Positions 1 through 10,721 of a stretch of DNA of 64,000 bases are shown one piece after another (positions within the stretch are counted from its first letter, which is position 1; each line of letters starts with the position of its first letter). The translations under genes were made by a program, and so were the position numbers. The notes beneath the pieces are model-generated. The model was not told where the DNA came from, ran no database searches, and saw only the letters and a list, made by a program, of their open reading frames with translations. The DNA comes from Chiloscyllium plagiosum (lineage: Eukaryota), in assembly GCF_004010195.1 (NCBI RefSeq), contig NC_057718.1, positions 97,405,644 to 97,469,643 on the forward strand, given 5' to 3'.

Positions 1-364
1 TCCAGACTAATTCACTGATGGAAATGCCACTAAATGTCAGAGATAGGGTTGAACTTCTGTCCCCAGTGAAGCAGACTGGGAGTTAGGCTTCTAATCTGGT
101 GTGCATGACCACTATGCTACCATCTCAGCACTGAGTTGTAGTTGTTCTTGCTAACCTTCTTGGTTAGAAACAAGTAGATAACACTCTCTGCTTGAAATTA
201 AGGCATGTTTTCCCGTGAGTGGGTCTGGTAAGGTCACATATTAAATTTGAATCTCTAAGTATTGGCAAACTCACATAGCATAAAAATTGAAACGCTATTG
301 TCACTATATCCTCTCCCAGAGCCCCCATCATCAGCATAAATGTCACCTATCCCCAGTTATTTTC

Positions 365-490
365 AGTTCCAACAAAGGGTCATTGGATTCGAAATGTTAC
401 CTCTACTCCTCAGGTGCAGCCAGGCCAGCTGAATTTCTCTAGCACTTTCTATTTGTGTTTCAGATTTTCTGCATCCACAGTCCTTTTGTT
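365..490 (+). mobile_element. Degenerate Penelope-like element terminal fragment
   Basis: aaagggtcattggattcgaaatgttac...tgtttcagattttctgcatccacag resembles the terminal sequences at 6620-6815 and 30805-31010. Confidence 0.5.
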
Positions 491-574
491 TTATTACACA
501 CTTTCAAATTACCTATTCAGTGTTAGCACATCGGTCCATTTTCCATGGTGAATTTATCTACTACTTTGCAACTT

Positions 575-915
575 GAGTTAAAAATCACACAACACCAGGT
601 TTATTTGGAAGTACTAGCTTTCGGAGCACTGCTACTTCATCAGGTAGCTGTGGAACAGGATCATAAGACACAGAATTTATAACAAAAGATTACAGTGTCA
701 TGCAACTGAAATGATATATTGAACAAACCCAGATTGCTGTTAAGTCTTTCAGCTTTTAGAATGGGTTGCAGGTTTCAGTTCATTAATATGTAAATCCCAG
801 GTCTTCTTTTAAGTCACATTCTAGGGATAACTTAAGGTTTTATAAAAAAAAGTGACATCTCAGCTCAGACAATGCATTAAAGGTGTGAGTTTAGAGTCCA
901 ACTGTATCCCAGACA
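575..915 (-). mobile_element. Penelope-like element terminal fragment (GGAGC/GCTCC family)
   Basis: aaaaatcacacaacaccagg...tagctttcggagcactgctacttcatcagg is shared with copies at 53683-53867 and 58615-58780. Assigned to Penelope by the hammerhead motif, not by coding sequence. Confidence 0.6.
612..646 (-). ncRNA. Minimal type I hammerhead ribozyme motif
   Basis: Minus strand reads tac-CUGAUGA-A-GUAGC-agu-GCUCC-GAAA-GC-UA-gua: conserved core, helix II with one mismatch, palindromic AGCU helix III, 3-bp helix I. Confidence 0.55.
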
Positions 916-1164
916 TCTTTGCAACATTAAACATTCATTGTGGCTGCTGGTCCATTGTTTACCAACATTTCCTATAATTGTTCCTATCCAATCTTCCCTG
1001 CCATTGTGACAAAGGGCACAATCAAATCTAACTTCGCTCTGTGCGCAGGGGGACATGGGTAGCCTGGCTGATACATCTCTACCTGCTCAGAATTTTAGTG
1101 GTAACAGCCCTATCCCGGGTGAGTTCACCTACTTCAGCACCGAACATTGATCCAACCGCAATGT

Positions 1165-1330
1165 TTCTGAAAACAAAAAAAATGCTGGAGATCACAGCAT
1201 CTGTGGAGAGAGACCAAGCTAATGTTTCCAGTCTAAACTCGAAACATTAGCTTGCTTTCTCTCCATGGACGCTGTCTGACCTGCTGTGATTCAGTACAGA
1301 TTCCAGCATCTGTAGTAATTTGCTCCTACA
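1165..1330. mobile_element. Fold-back (inverted) Penelope-like terminal fragment
   Basis: gagagagaccaagctaatgtttc ... gaaacattagcttgctttctctc inverted arms; core deleted. Confidence 0.5.
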
Positions 1331-1966
1331 TTGTAGAATCTTCCTGATATTTGTGCCTAATTTTCTTGTAAAGAAAAATTATTACAGTAATTTATTATCA
1401 TATTTGCAGCATTGCTCTGATTCAACTGCACCTGTTATAATCATTACTTTGCCAGTTATTAGCTTTCGCTAATAAAGTTGTGTTTGTCTCCCTTAATATC
1501 TGCTAAGCTGTTGAACTTCAGAAACTGATTTAAGTGCCACCCTTAAATTTCTTCCTGGATAATAAATTCACTGAGCTTTATTCTGCTTTTTCAAAGCTAT
1601 ATTTGAATTATACTTTCAGATTTATTCTTCTCCTCTTTAAAATCAGAATGCTCCTTCCTTAGTGTCTAACCAGCTGAAAGTCTGGTGAAGGGCTTTTGCC
1701 CGAAACGTCGATTCTCCTGCTCCTCAGGTGCTGCCTGACCTGCTGTGCATTTCCAGCACTATACTCTCAACTCTCCCACCCTGCCCCCTGTAAAAACACG
1801 ATCCCATATTCCCAATTCCTTCGCCTCCGCCGCATCTGCTCCCAGGAGGACCAATTCCAATAACGAACAACCCAGATGGCCTCCTTCTTCAAAGACCGCA
1901 ATTTCCCCTCAGACGTGGTTGATGATGCTCTCCACCGCATCTCCTCCACTTCCTGCTCCTCCGTCC

Positions 1967-2364
1967 NNNNNNNNNNNNNNNNNNNNNNNNNNNNNNNNNN
2001 NNNNNNNNNNNNNNNNNNNNNNNNNNNNNNNNNNNNNNNNNNNNNNNNNNNNNNNNNNNNNNNNNNNNNNNNNNNNNNNNNNNNNNNNNNNNNNNNNNNN
2101 NNNNNNNNNNNNNNNNNNNNNNNNNNNNNNNNNNNNNNNNNNNNNNNNNNNNNNNNNNNNNNNNNNNNNNNNNNNNNNNNNNNNNNNNNNNNNNNNNNNN
2201 NNNNNNNNNNNNNNNNNNNNNNNNNNNNNNNNNNNNNNNNNNNNNNNNNNNNNNNNNNNNNNNNNNNNNNNNNNNNNNNNNNNNNNNNNNNNNNNNNNNN
2301 NNNNNNNNNNNNNNNNNNNNNNNNNNNNNNNNNNNNNNNNNNNNNNNNNNNNNNNNNNNNNNNN
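1967..2364. other. Assembly gap (N run)
   Basis: Run of n inside the Penelope-like element. Confidence 1.
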
Positions 2365-2520
2365 TTGACCTGCAATCTTCTTCCCGGCCTCTCCGCCCCC
2401 ACCCCCTCTCCGGCCTATTACCCTCACCTTAACCTCCTTCCACCCATCGCATTCCCAACGCCCCTCCCCCAAGTCCCTCCTCCCTACCTTTTATCTTAGC
2501 CTACTTGGCACACCATCCTC

Positions 2521-2556
2521 ATTCCTGAAGAAGGGCTTATGCCCGAAACGTCGATT
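2521..2556 (+). ncRNA. Minimal type I hammerhead ribozyme motif
   Basis: attc-CUGAAGA-A-GGGC-uuau-GCCC-GAAA-C-GUC-gatt: intact core, 4-bp helix II, palindromic ACGU, weak helix I. Confidence 0.6.
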
Positions 2557-4567
2557 CTCCTGCTCCTTGGATGCTGCCTGACCTGCTGCGCTTTTCCAGC
2601 AACATATTTTTCAGCTCTGATCTCCAGCATCTGCAGTCCTCACTTTCTCAACTCTATAGTCTGGTTGAGAACACAGTGTTTGGACAAACTCAAACTGGCG
2701 AGTGTGGAAGATGGAAAATTAGCCAGGGGAGTAGTTGAGTGTGGATATGACAGAAGTGTGGGTGAGATTTACCACAGTGGGTAGGTTGTATCGAGAGGTT
2801 GGGAATGGTACTGTATTGGAGAAATTATTCATTTCCTACACCATTTTAATTCATTTAAAAGCAGAATGGGACAATTATCACTCAACTTCCAGTGCTTTAT
2901 TTTCTCTGATGCATTTTTATTAACTATCATTTGTTCTCCAGTTGCAGTTTCACCCCCAGTTTGAAAACAAAAAAAGATGCAGTCATTTGGATCATGGAGA
3001 AAGCATGTTCAGATCATGCTGAGTTTCAGCATCAGACTTGTCGTCTGCTATTTATTTAGCCATATGTTTGGTTTTTAAACTATTTTTAAAAGCAAAAACT
3101 GCAATATTGTCATTTTTCCAAACTCTTGTAATTACCTACAATTATGTAGATAGATGTGTTGATGAACCAAATTAATCATGATTAATTTTAATCATGTTTT
3201 TCATTGGAAATTGTTTAATTTTTTTACAATGACTCCATGAAATATTTAGTGTTTTATATGAAACTTATTTATACAATTAGACATAATTGTGAGCATCGCA
3301 TGTTATCAATTATTTATAGTATTAGTTAAAAAGTAGCTTATTTTTGAACAAAACTGCTTATTCAACATAACAGGGGACGAGAGTGGATGAATAATTAATT
3401 CTGTTACATAATGATGTGGGTGAGAGCCACAGATTGAGTTATTGCTAAATGTGTTCGTGGGAACAGAGTGCCCGAAGGGAAACAAATCTATATATTTATG
3501 TATGTGCTGAGTTATTTTTATTTCTGTGCGTTCTTGAGCGCTGCCCACAGACTGCTATTAAATATAACACAGCTCCTTTAGCCTGGCATTCAATGCCTAT
3601 CTTCTGCACTCTGTGATTTTAGACACAATTGTCAGACACCTTGATTTTGTTTTTTGATTGGACAATCAGAATGGTTTCGGCAGAAGCAACTTTCGAAATG
3701 GAATTTAACCAGGGCAGTGATGAACCCTCTTTGAGCAGCTACCATGACTAATCCCACATCTCTCTGCCATGCAGTCAACAAGTAAGGCCATTGCTTTTTC
3801 AATGTTGACGCCCACCTCCTCTCCACACCACCACACCACCCCCCCCCCCCAACCCCCACCACCATTGCTGCATTCCAATCTTGAGTATTTCCCAACTCCA
3901 ACCCTCATCCCCAGTGAGCTCCGTTACCTTGCTCAGAATTGAGCACATAGTGCAAAGCACCAATTGCAATCCAGGTTCCCAGCTGCTTGGAATCCTCACA
4001 GCCAACAGCCTGACAGGAGGCCATTGTACCTGTGCCATTGCTTGTTCCCACTCACTCCCTCTTGTAATCCTGTGTCTTTGTCATCCTAAAGTGCCTAACC
4101 AACTCCCTGTCAACATTATTTGTGGAACCAGTTTCCATCACTTTTTCAGAAGATCTTGACAACTCAGGAGTGTGTTAAAATGTTAGATTAATTAGCATTG
4201 TTAAATGCATAAACTTATAATTTTCATGGTTAAACAAAGACATATCCTGGTTAAACCACTCTCCCATTTCTTCTGGTGGTTTGTACATCACATCTCACTA
4301 TGTTAAATGTGTTCACATTAAACGCTTTTGATTTCTCAATGTTAAATGTAGCAGCTTGTCCTGATATAGTTTTTTTTTATTAAATGTTGCTGTCATGTAT
4401 TCATGGTTTTGTATTAGGTGTTAACAGCATCTCATTTGCCATGAATCCTTCTGCCCTAAATCACCAGAAGTAACAGAGATAATTTATAAGAATACAATTT
4501 TGGATAGGATTGAGGAAGTACAAAATAAGCACCCAAAGAGACAAACCATTCAGAAAATAATAACAGA

Positions 4568-5108
4568 ATCATAGAGCTGTATAGCACGGAAATAGGCCCT
4601 TCGGTCCAACTCATCCAGACATCTTAAATAAATCTAGTCACATTTGCAAGCCTGGCCCATATCCCTCTAAACACTTCCTATTCATGTCCCCATCCAGATG
4701 CCTTTTAAATGTTGTAATTGTACCAGCCTCCATCGCTTCCTCTGGCAGCTCATTCCATACACGCACCACCCTCTGTGTGAAAACGTTGCCCCTTAGGTCC
4801 CTTAAATCTTTCTCCTCTCACCCTAAACCTATGCCCTCTAGTTCTGGACTCCCCCACCCCGGGGAAAAGACCGTGGCTATTTACCCTATCCATGCCCCTC
4901 ATAATTTTATAAACTTCTATACGGTCACCCCTCAGCCTCCGACGCTCCAGGGAAAACAGCCCCAGCCTGTTCAGCCTCTCCCTGTAGCTCAGATCCTCCA
5001 ACCCTGGCAACATCCTTGTAAATCTTTTCCGAACACTTTCAAGTTTCACAACATCTTTCCGATAGCAGGGAGACCAGAATTGCAAGCAGTTTTGCAAAAG
5101 TGGCCTAA
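4568..5108 (-). mobile_element. CR1-type LINE (HER1-like) 3' fragment
   Basis: ORF 4750..5145(-) QFWSPCYRKDVVKLESVRKRFTRMLPGLEDLSYRERLNRLGLFSLERRRLRGD is the CR1 ORF2 C-terminus, followed by the 3' UTR. Confidence 0.9.
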
Positions 5109-5361
5109 TCGATTTATCACTCCAACTGGACCCACCTTGAGGCACGTGAGATGAGATGAACAGCCTGAGGCATTCATGAGATTTACCTAGTTGTTGGGAG
5201 TCTTGAGACTTGCATTGCCAGGGCTTAAAGTTTGCATCAAAGTCTAACTCGGAGGTGATTTACTTGACAGTGCAGCTCACTGATCAGATATTCTGCCTGC
5301 TCCATCCCTCACTCTCAGTCAGGGATGACTCGGAGTCACAACCTGCTGGCTTCCAACTCCA

Positions 5362-5956
5362 AGGGTGGGATTTAATGGAGATGAGGAGGTCTCAGGCAGT
5401 GGCTGAAGAGCCCTCTGTTTGTGAGGACATCTCCCAAATCATGTGTCCATCAGGTCTTCAATTGGGCAGCAGCGATTTCACACACCTCCCTGCAAACACC
5501 CCCAGCATCATGGCCACCCTCGGGATGGAGGCTCACGCCAGCCAATCCGAGGGCATCAGCGTTTACGTTGCTCAGTGACACCACACAGGAAGTGGTGGCT
5601 GCTGCCAGTATTGCACCCACAAGAAGCCAGGTGTCACTGAGGGATCTCTGCAGGCACTGGCGGAAGGGCAATCAGTGCAGAAGTAACGGGGTTGGGAAGA
5701 GGTGTGAACATTGAGGAAGGAAAGGGGAGGCCTGCCACTGAAAGGTCCATTTTCTCAATGCCGTGCCCCTTGATCGAGGACGTAGAACCTTTGACCATAG
5801 GGTTTTGCTGGAAGCTTGCAGGGCTTCCCCGTTCAACTTCTGGGTGAATGAGGCTGTAAATGGGGCCACTAGTCAGAGGGCCTTCTGCCATGGATTTAAT
5901 CAGAGGTGGGAAATCAGAGGATGTTCCATCATCCTGCTGCCCAGTTAAATATTCCC
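5362..5956. repeat. Old GC-rich interspersed repeat, possibly a non-autonomous DNA transposon
   Basis: Ends gggtgggatttaat ... ttaaatattccc form an imperfect terminal inverted repeat; no coding signal. Confidence 0.25.
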
Positions 5957-5959
5957 ATC

Positions 5960-6470
5960 AGCAGCAAATGCACCCTGGGTGAGTGCGAAGGGTGCAGTGG
6001 ACATCAAATTTTGGGTGAGGTCTTCAGTATAAAAATCAGGGCTATCCTTCCAGTGCAGCAACAAGGGAAAGCTGCTCTGTTGAAGGTAGGCCAATTTTCT
6101 GAGTGCAGTATTGATCCAGGGTCTGTCTGCTGTCTCAGGTGAAATCCCACAGCAGCACCTTTGAGGAAGAAAAGGTGAGTGATCCCCCAGTGTTCTGATC
6201 ATTTTGGATTCCTCAATCAATATGGTCCAAAAAAAATACCTGATCATTCTCATTATCGCTGTCGATGGGTGCTTGTTGGGTGCAACTTGTTTGCCATATT
6301 ACATTGCCATAGCAACCTTTTTGGAGAAAAGCCTTTGTACAAGAAAGCTTTCAATTCAGTAGTCACTTTACACATCGCATGAAAGAGAGGACTTAGTTGG
6401 GTGCAAATTGCTTTGGGATGTCTGGTGGTTGTGAAAGGCGCTACATCAGTGCAAATCTTTTCTTTCGTTT
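5960..6470 (+). mobile_element. Deu-domain SINE (SacSINE1/AmnSINE1-like), decayed
   Basis: Central ...cctcaatcaatatgg...tgatcattctcattatcgctgtcgatgggtgcttg... and tail gctttgggatgtctggtggttgtgaaaggcgctacatcagtgcaaatctttt resemble recalled DeuSINE consensus. Confidence 0.65.
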
Positions 6471-6619
6471 AGATTGTTTGGATGGCATTCTTGGCTAAAC
6501 CTCAGTGGAAAATTCTTCAATTCTTTCCAAGTAACGCAGGCACCAAGGATGCACCAAGGAATGAATTAGCATACATTTCCTGTCTGCATTATTTTAACAG
6601 AACACTGCAAATTCACACT

Positions 6620-6815
6620 AAAAACCGAAAAACAGCAGATGCTGCAAATCAGAAACAAAAAGGAGTAATTGCTGGAAAAAGCTCAGCAGGTCTGGCAGCA
6701 TCTGTGGAGAGAAATCAGAGTTAATGTTTCCAGTCTGAGGAAGGGTTACCAGACCTGAATCATTTGCTTGGATTTCTCTTCACAGATGCTGCCAGACCTA
6801 CTGAGCTTTTACTTG
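6620..6815. mobile_element. Fold-back Penelope-like terminal fragment
   Basis: gctcagcaggtctggcagcatctgtggagagaaatc ... gatttctcttcacagatgctgccagacctactgagc inverted arms around a degenerate ctgaggaagggttaccagacctgaa core. Confidence 0.65.
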
Positions 6816-6889
6816 TAAATTCACAAACTTGTGTAAGGGAGCACACTGACAGAAACAGCAGTCTGTGGTTTGCATTACATAGCTTTTTA

Positions 6890-7370
6890 TGTTTTCTCAT
6901 CAACCTGTTAACTCTGCAGTAGGTGGGATTTGAACCTGGGTTTCCTCGGCCAGAGGTAGGAACACTGCCCTTGTGCCCCGAGACCACCCTCTGCATTGGG
7001 TTTTAGTTATTTTACAACCCATGTGTTTATGGAACTAGTGGAGTTTGAACCTTGACCTCCTGGCTCAGAGGTAAGGACACTACCACTGCACCACAAGCCC
7101 CCTCATACTGTTAATGACTATTCTCTGTTGAGCTGACCTTGAATGTTATGTTGTTGTGTCACCATAGTCTTACGTGACCATAGGGGCTGCTCTTTCATTA
7201 GGGAGAGAAGCAACTGATAGTAGTTTCACCTGAGGGCCACCAGACCTCAGACGAGGGAAAAAGCTGAGAAGGAGAGTCCTTCATGGTAACCACAAACTGG
7301 TGATGGGAATTGAACCCACACTGCTCCGTAAACCAACAATCCAGCCAACTGAGCTAAAACAATTCCCTGA
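6890..7370 (-). mobile_element. Cluster of short tRNA-derived SINE copies (two families)
   Basis: gaacctgg...cagaggtagg(g/a)acact motif recurs at 7940, 10400, 19860 and reversed at 11810, 11930, 41165. The second family (7160-7370) recurs at 8040-8200 and reversed at 33170-33380. Confidence 0.6.
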
Positions 7371-8479
7371 CCTTGAATATCCCTTTTCCTAATGTCATTG
7401 GTTGTCACTTGCAGCTGATATTGAGAGCTGCATTACCAGTGATGGTAATGATTGCACATCCACCTGATTTAGCTGGGATAAACCTGCCGGAGTATTTATT
7501 GAAAAGCACTTGGGTCCCAAATTAAATAAACCACAGAGTCAATGAGGCTGACATTCCTCGTCAATTATGTAGTCAATTCTTTTAAAAGTCAACCAGCTGC
7601 CTGGTCCTCTTTATAATATACACTGACCTAATGATTGATTCTCGATAAGCTTCCACTGACTGTGATACATCTGTTCTTGCTCAATGAGTTCATTACCATA
7701 TGGCATGAAACACTCTGCACTTACAGCATGTTCGGTGCTGGCTGCAAAGCAATCGGAAGACAGGGTCCTTTATGTGCTTTTACTTGCAATGGGATTTTTC
7801 TTCTTGAAATGGAGGCTGTTTATTTTTAGTTTGTGTCTGGATAGATCCTTTTAACCAATCAGACAAATGCTAATTTATGTGGAAGGTGACATTGTATAAT
7901 GTAGCTATTTATAATCCACCTGTTCTGTTTTATCGTCTGGATCTTGAACCCAGGTCTCCCAGCTCAGAGGTAAGGACACTACCACTGCAGCACACATTGT
8001 GTACTGTTAAAGTTGGAGTTGGCCATAATCTGGCTCACCCATTCAAGAGAGCTGATTGGTGGTGATTGAATCTGAGGGTCACCACGCCTCAGGTGAGGGG
8101 AGAGGTCGAGAAAGAGATTTCGTCATGGCAACCACTGTTACCATCACTTTGCAAATTGCAAACCAGCCATCCAGCCGACTGAGCTAACCAACCCCACATG
8201 TTGTTATTGAAGTGCATTTAGGGAAACCTCTCAGTTCAATTAATGTTTTATACAGGATTCTTATTAATATGAGGCGCTCCAATGTATCAACTCACCGATT
8301 GATGTTATGTAGAGAGTTCACTGTGTTGTTGAATTGCCAGTTTTCGGGATATTTCTGTGGGAAACTGCCAATAGAGGCGAGATACTTCCCTACAGGGACC
8401 ATTTCGTTCCCTAAGTAGACTGGTATTGATAGATTCTGATTTAGTGCTGAATGACAAGGTCCACCAGGGACTTTCTCAA

Positions 8480-9760
8480 CTCACCACAGCACCAGGGACC
8501 CAGGTTCAATTCCAGCCTCAGGTGACTATCTGTGTAGTGTTTGAACATTCTCCCCGTGTCTGCGTGGATTTCCTCCGGATGCTCCGGTTTTCTCCCACTG
8601 TGCAAAAATGTGCAGGTTAGGGTGGATTGGCCATGCCAAATTACACCATACTGTCCAAGGATGTGCAGGTTAGGGTGGATTGGCCATGCCAAATTACCCC
8701 ATATTGTCCAAGGATGTGCAGGTTAGGGTGGATTGGCCATGCCAAATTTTCTCCCACTGTGCAAAAATGTGTAGGTTAGGGTGGATTGGCCATGCCAAAT
8801 TACCCCATACTGTCCAAGGATGTGCAGGTTAGGTGGATTGGCCATGCCAAATTACCCCATACTATCCAAGGATGTGCAGGTTAGGTGGATTGGCCATGCC
8901 AAATTACCCCATACTGTCCAAGGATGTGCAGGTTAGGGTGGATTGGCCATGCCAAATTACCCCATACTGTCCAAGGATGTGCAGGTTAGGTGGATTGGCC
9001 TGCCAAATATTACCCCATACTGTCCAAGGATGTGCAGGTTAGAGTGGATTGGCCATGCCAAATTACCCCATACTGTCCAAGGATGTGCAGGTTAGGTGGA
9101 TTGGCCATGCCAAATTACCCCATACTGTCCAAAGATGTGCAGGTTAGGGTGGATTGGCCATGCCGTATTACCCCATACTGTCCAAGGATGTGCAGGTTAG
9201 GGTGGATTGGCCATGCCAAATTACCCCATATTGTCCAAGGATGTGCAGGTTAGGGTGGATTGGCCATGCCAAATTACCCCATACTGTCCAAGGATGTGCA
9301 GGTCAGGTGGATTGGCCATGCCAAATTACCCCATACTGTCCAAGGATGTGCAGGTCATGTGGATTGGCCATGCCAAATTACCCCATACTGTCCAAGGATG
9401 TGCAGGTTAGGTTGGATTGGCCATGCCAAATTACCCCATACTGTCCAAGGATGCGCAGGTCAGATGGATTGGTCATGCCAAATTACCCCATACTGTCCAA
9501 GGATGTGCAGGTTAGGGTGGATTGGCCATGCCAAATTACCCCATACTGTCCAAGGATGTGCAGGTTAGGTGGATTGGCCATGCCAAAATACCCCATACAG
9601 TCCAAGGATGTGCAGGTTAGCTGGGTTAGCCATGGGAAATGCAGGATTACATGGATAGAGTAGGGGCGGGGTCTGGGTGGGATACTGTTCCGAGGGACGG
9701 TGTGGACTCAGTGGGCTGAATGGCCTGCTTCCACCATTCTAGGATTCTGTGATTCTGTTC
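8480..9760 (+). mobile_element. HE1-type V-SINE with an expanded internal tandem array
   Basis: tRNA-like head (ggttcaattcc), V-domain ttctccccgtgtctgcgtggatttcctccggatgctccgg, tandem array, then CR1-like tail gggctgaatggcctgcttcc...gattctgtgattctg. Confidence 0.9.
8608..9640 (+). repeat. Minisatellite, about 20 copies of a 52-53 bp unit
   Basis: Unit atgtgcaggttag(g)gtggattggccatgccaaattaccccatactgtccaagg repeated head to tail. Confidence 0.95.
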
Positions 9761-10124
9761 TATAATATGAATGACAAAATCTTGGATCATGAGGCTCTTG
9801 TGATATTGTCCCCCCTCTGGACCAAAGGGATTCAAGTTCCACCTGCCTTATAGCTGTGTCTGAATAGATCAATTGTACGAACTATAATGAATCGGGATAG
9901 GAATATTTTCTTACAACAGTGTTATCCAACAGGAGAGTGGTTACAGTGACGCCAGTTTAGTTGCATACATGTATTAGGTTGAAAATGCCTCATTTATACT
10001 GAACATCATCCACAAAAAATGCAGAATAATATTAAAGTGTACATATGAATGACATGGAAAGTCAAATCACAACCCCGCCCTTCTTGTTAAGTTTTTATTT
10101 TTAAATTAAACTATTGTTCTGATC

Positions 10125-10340
10125 AGAGTCAAGATTAGAGTGGTGCTAGAAAAGCACAGCAGGTCAGGCAGCATTCGAGGAGCAGTACAATCGATGTTTC
10201 GGGCAAAAGCCCTTCATCAGGAAATGATGAAGGGCTTTTGCCCAAAACGTCGATTTTCCTGCTCCTCAGATGCTGCAGGGCCTGCTTTGCTTTTTCAGCA
10301 CCACTCTGATCTTCACCATCTGATGTCCTCACTTTAGCCT
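10125..10340. mobile_element. Fold-back Penelope-like terminal repeat pair
   Basis: About 90-bp inverted arms centred near 10221: ...cgggcaaaagcccttcatca-ggaaa-tgatgaagggcttttgccc... Confidence 0.8.
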
Positions 10341-10444
10341 ATTTTTCTGATCAACCTGTTCAGAGATGTTGTTATCCACTTCTGGAGCAGGTGGGACTTG
10401 AACCCAGGTTTCTCGGTCCAGAGGTAGGGTTCATGTTATCCACG

Positions 10445-10721
10445 AGGCCTCCTCTATATTGGGGAGACGGGCCGCCTACTTGCGGAGGAGGTCAGGCAGC
10501 ATCTAGGGAACAGGAGAATCGACGTCTCTGGCATTAGCCCTTCTTCAGGAATGAGGAAAGTTGGTCCAGCAGGCTAAGATAAAAGATAGGGAATATGGAA
10601 TATCTTAGTCTGCTGGACCAACTTTCCTCATTCCTGAAGGAGGGCTAATGCCCGAAACGTCGATTCTCCTGTTCCCTAGATGCTGCCTGACCTGCTGCGC
10701 TTTTCCAGCAACACATTTCCA
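10445..10721. mobile_element. Penelope-like mini-insertion: GIY-YIG fragment plus inverted terminal pair, 14-bp TSD
   Basis: tcatgttatccacg at 10431-10444 and 10722-10735. 10446-10487 encodes GLLYIGETGRLLAE (YIG motif). About 100-bp inverted arms follow. Confidence 0.9.

Larger units (their letters stand above)
1681..2650 (+). mobile_element. Penelope-like element: terminal fragment, ORF fragment, gap, 3' terminal repeat
   Basis: 1772-1966 translates SHPAPCKNTIPYSQFLRLRRICSQEDQFQ*RTTQMASFFKDRNFPSDVVDDALHRISST (Penelope RT thumb/linker). Hammerhead-bearing termini at 1682 and 2525. tctcaactct repeated at 1765-1774 and 2646-2655. Confidence 0.85.

Noticed and set aside
1745..2499. Long ORFs containing X runs (also 16740-17940 and 51843-53005)
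   Set aside because: Their length comes from translating N gaps.
2942..3060. Acceptor-like site (tttgttctccag) followed by short open frames
   Set aside because: No convincing donor and no recognisable protein similarity in any frame.
8608..9640. CRISPR-like array, or a repetitive Cys/Trp-rich protein (ORFs 8833-9663)
   Set aside because: Head-to-tail units with no unique spacers, inside a vertebrate SINE. The ORFs in all frames are by-products of a stop-poor 52-53 bp unit.
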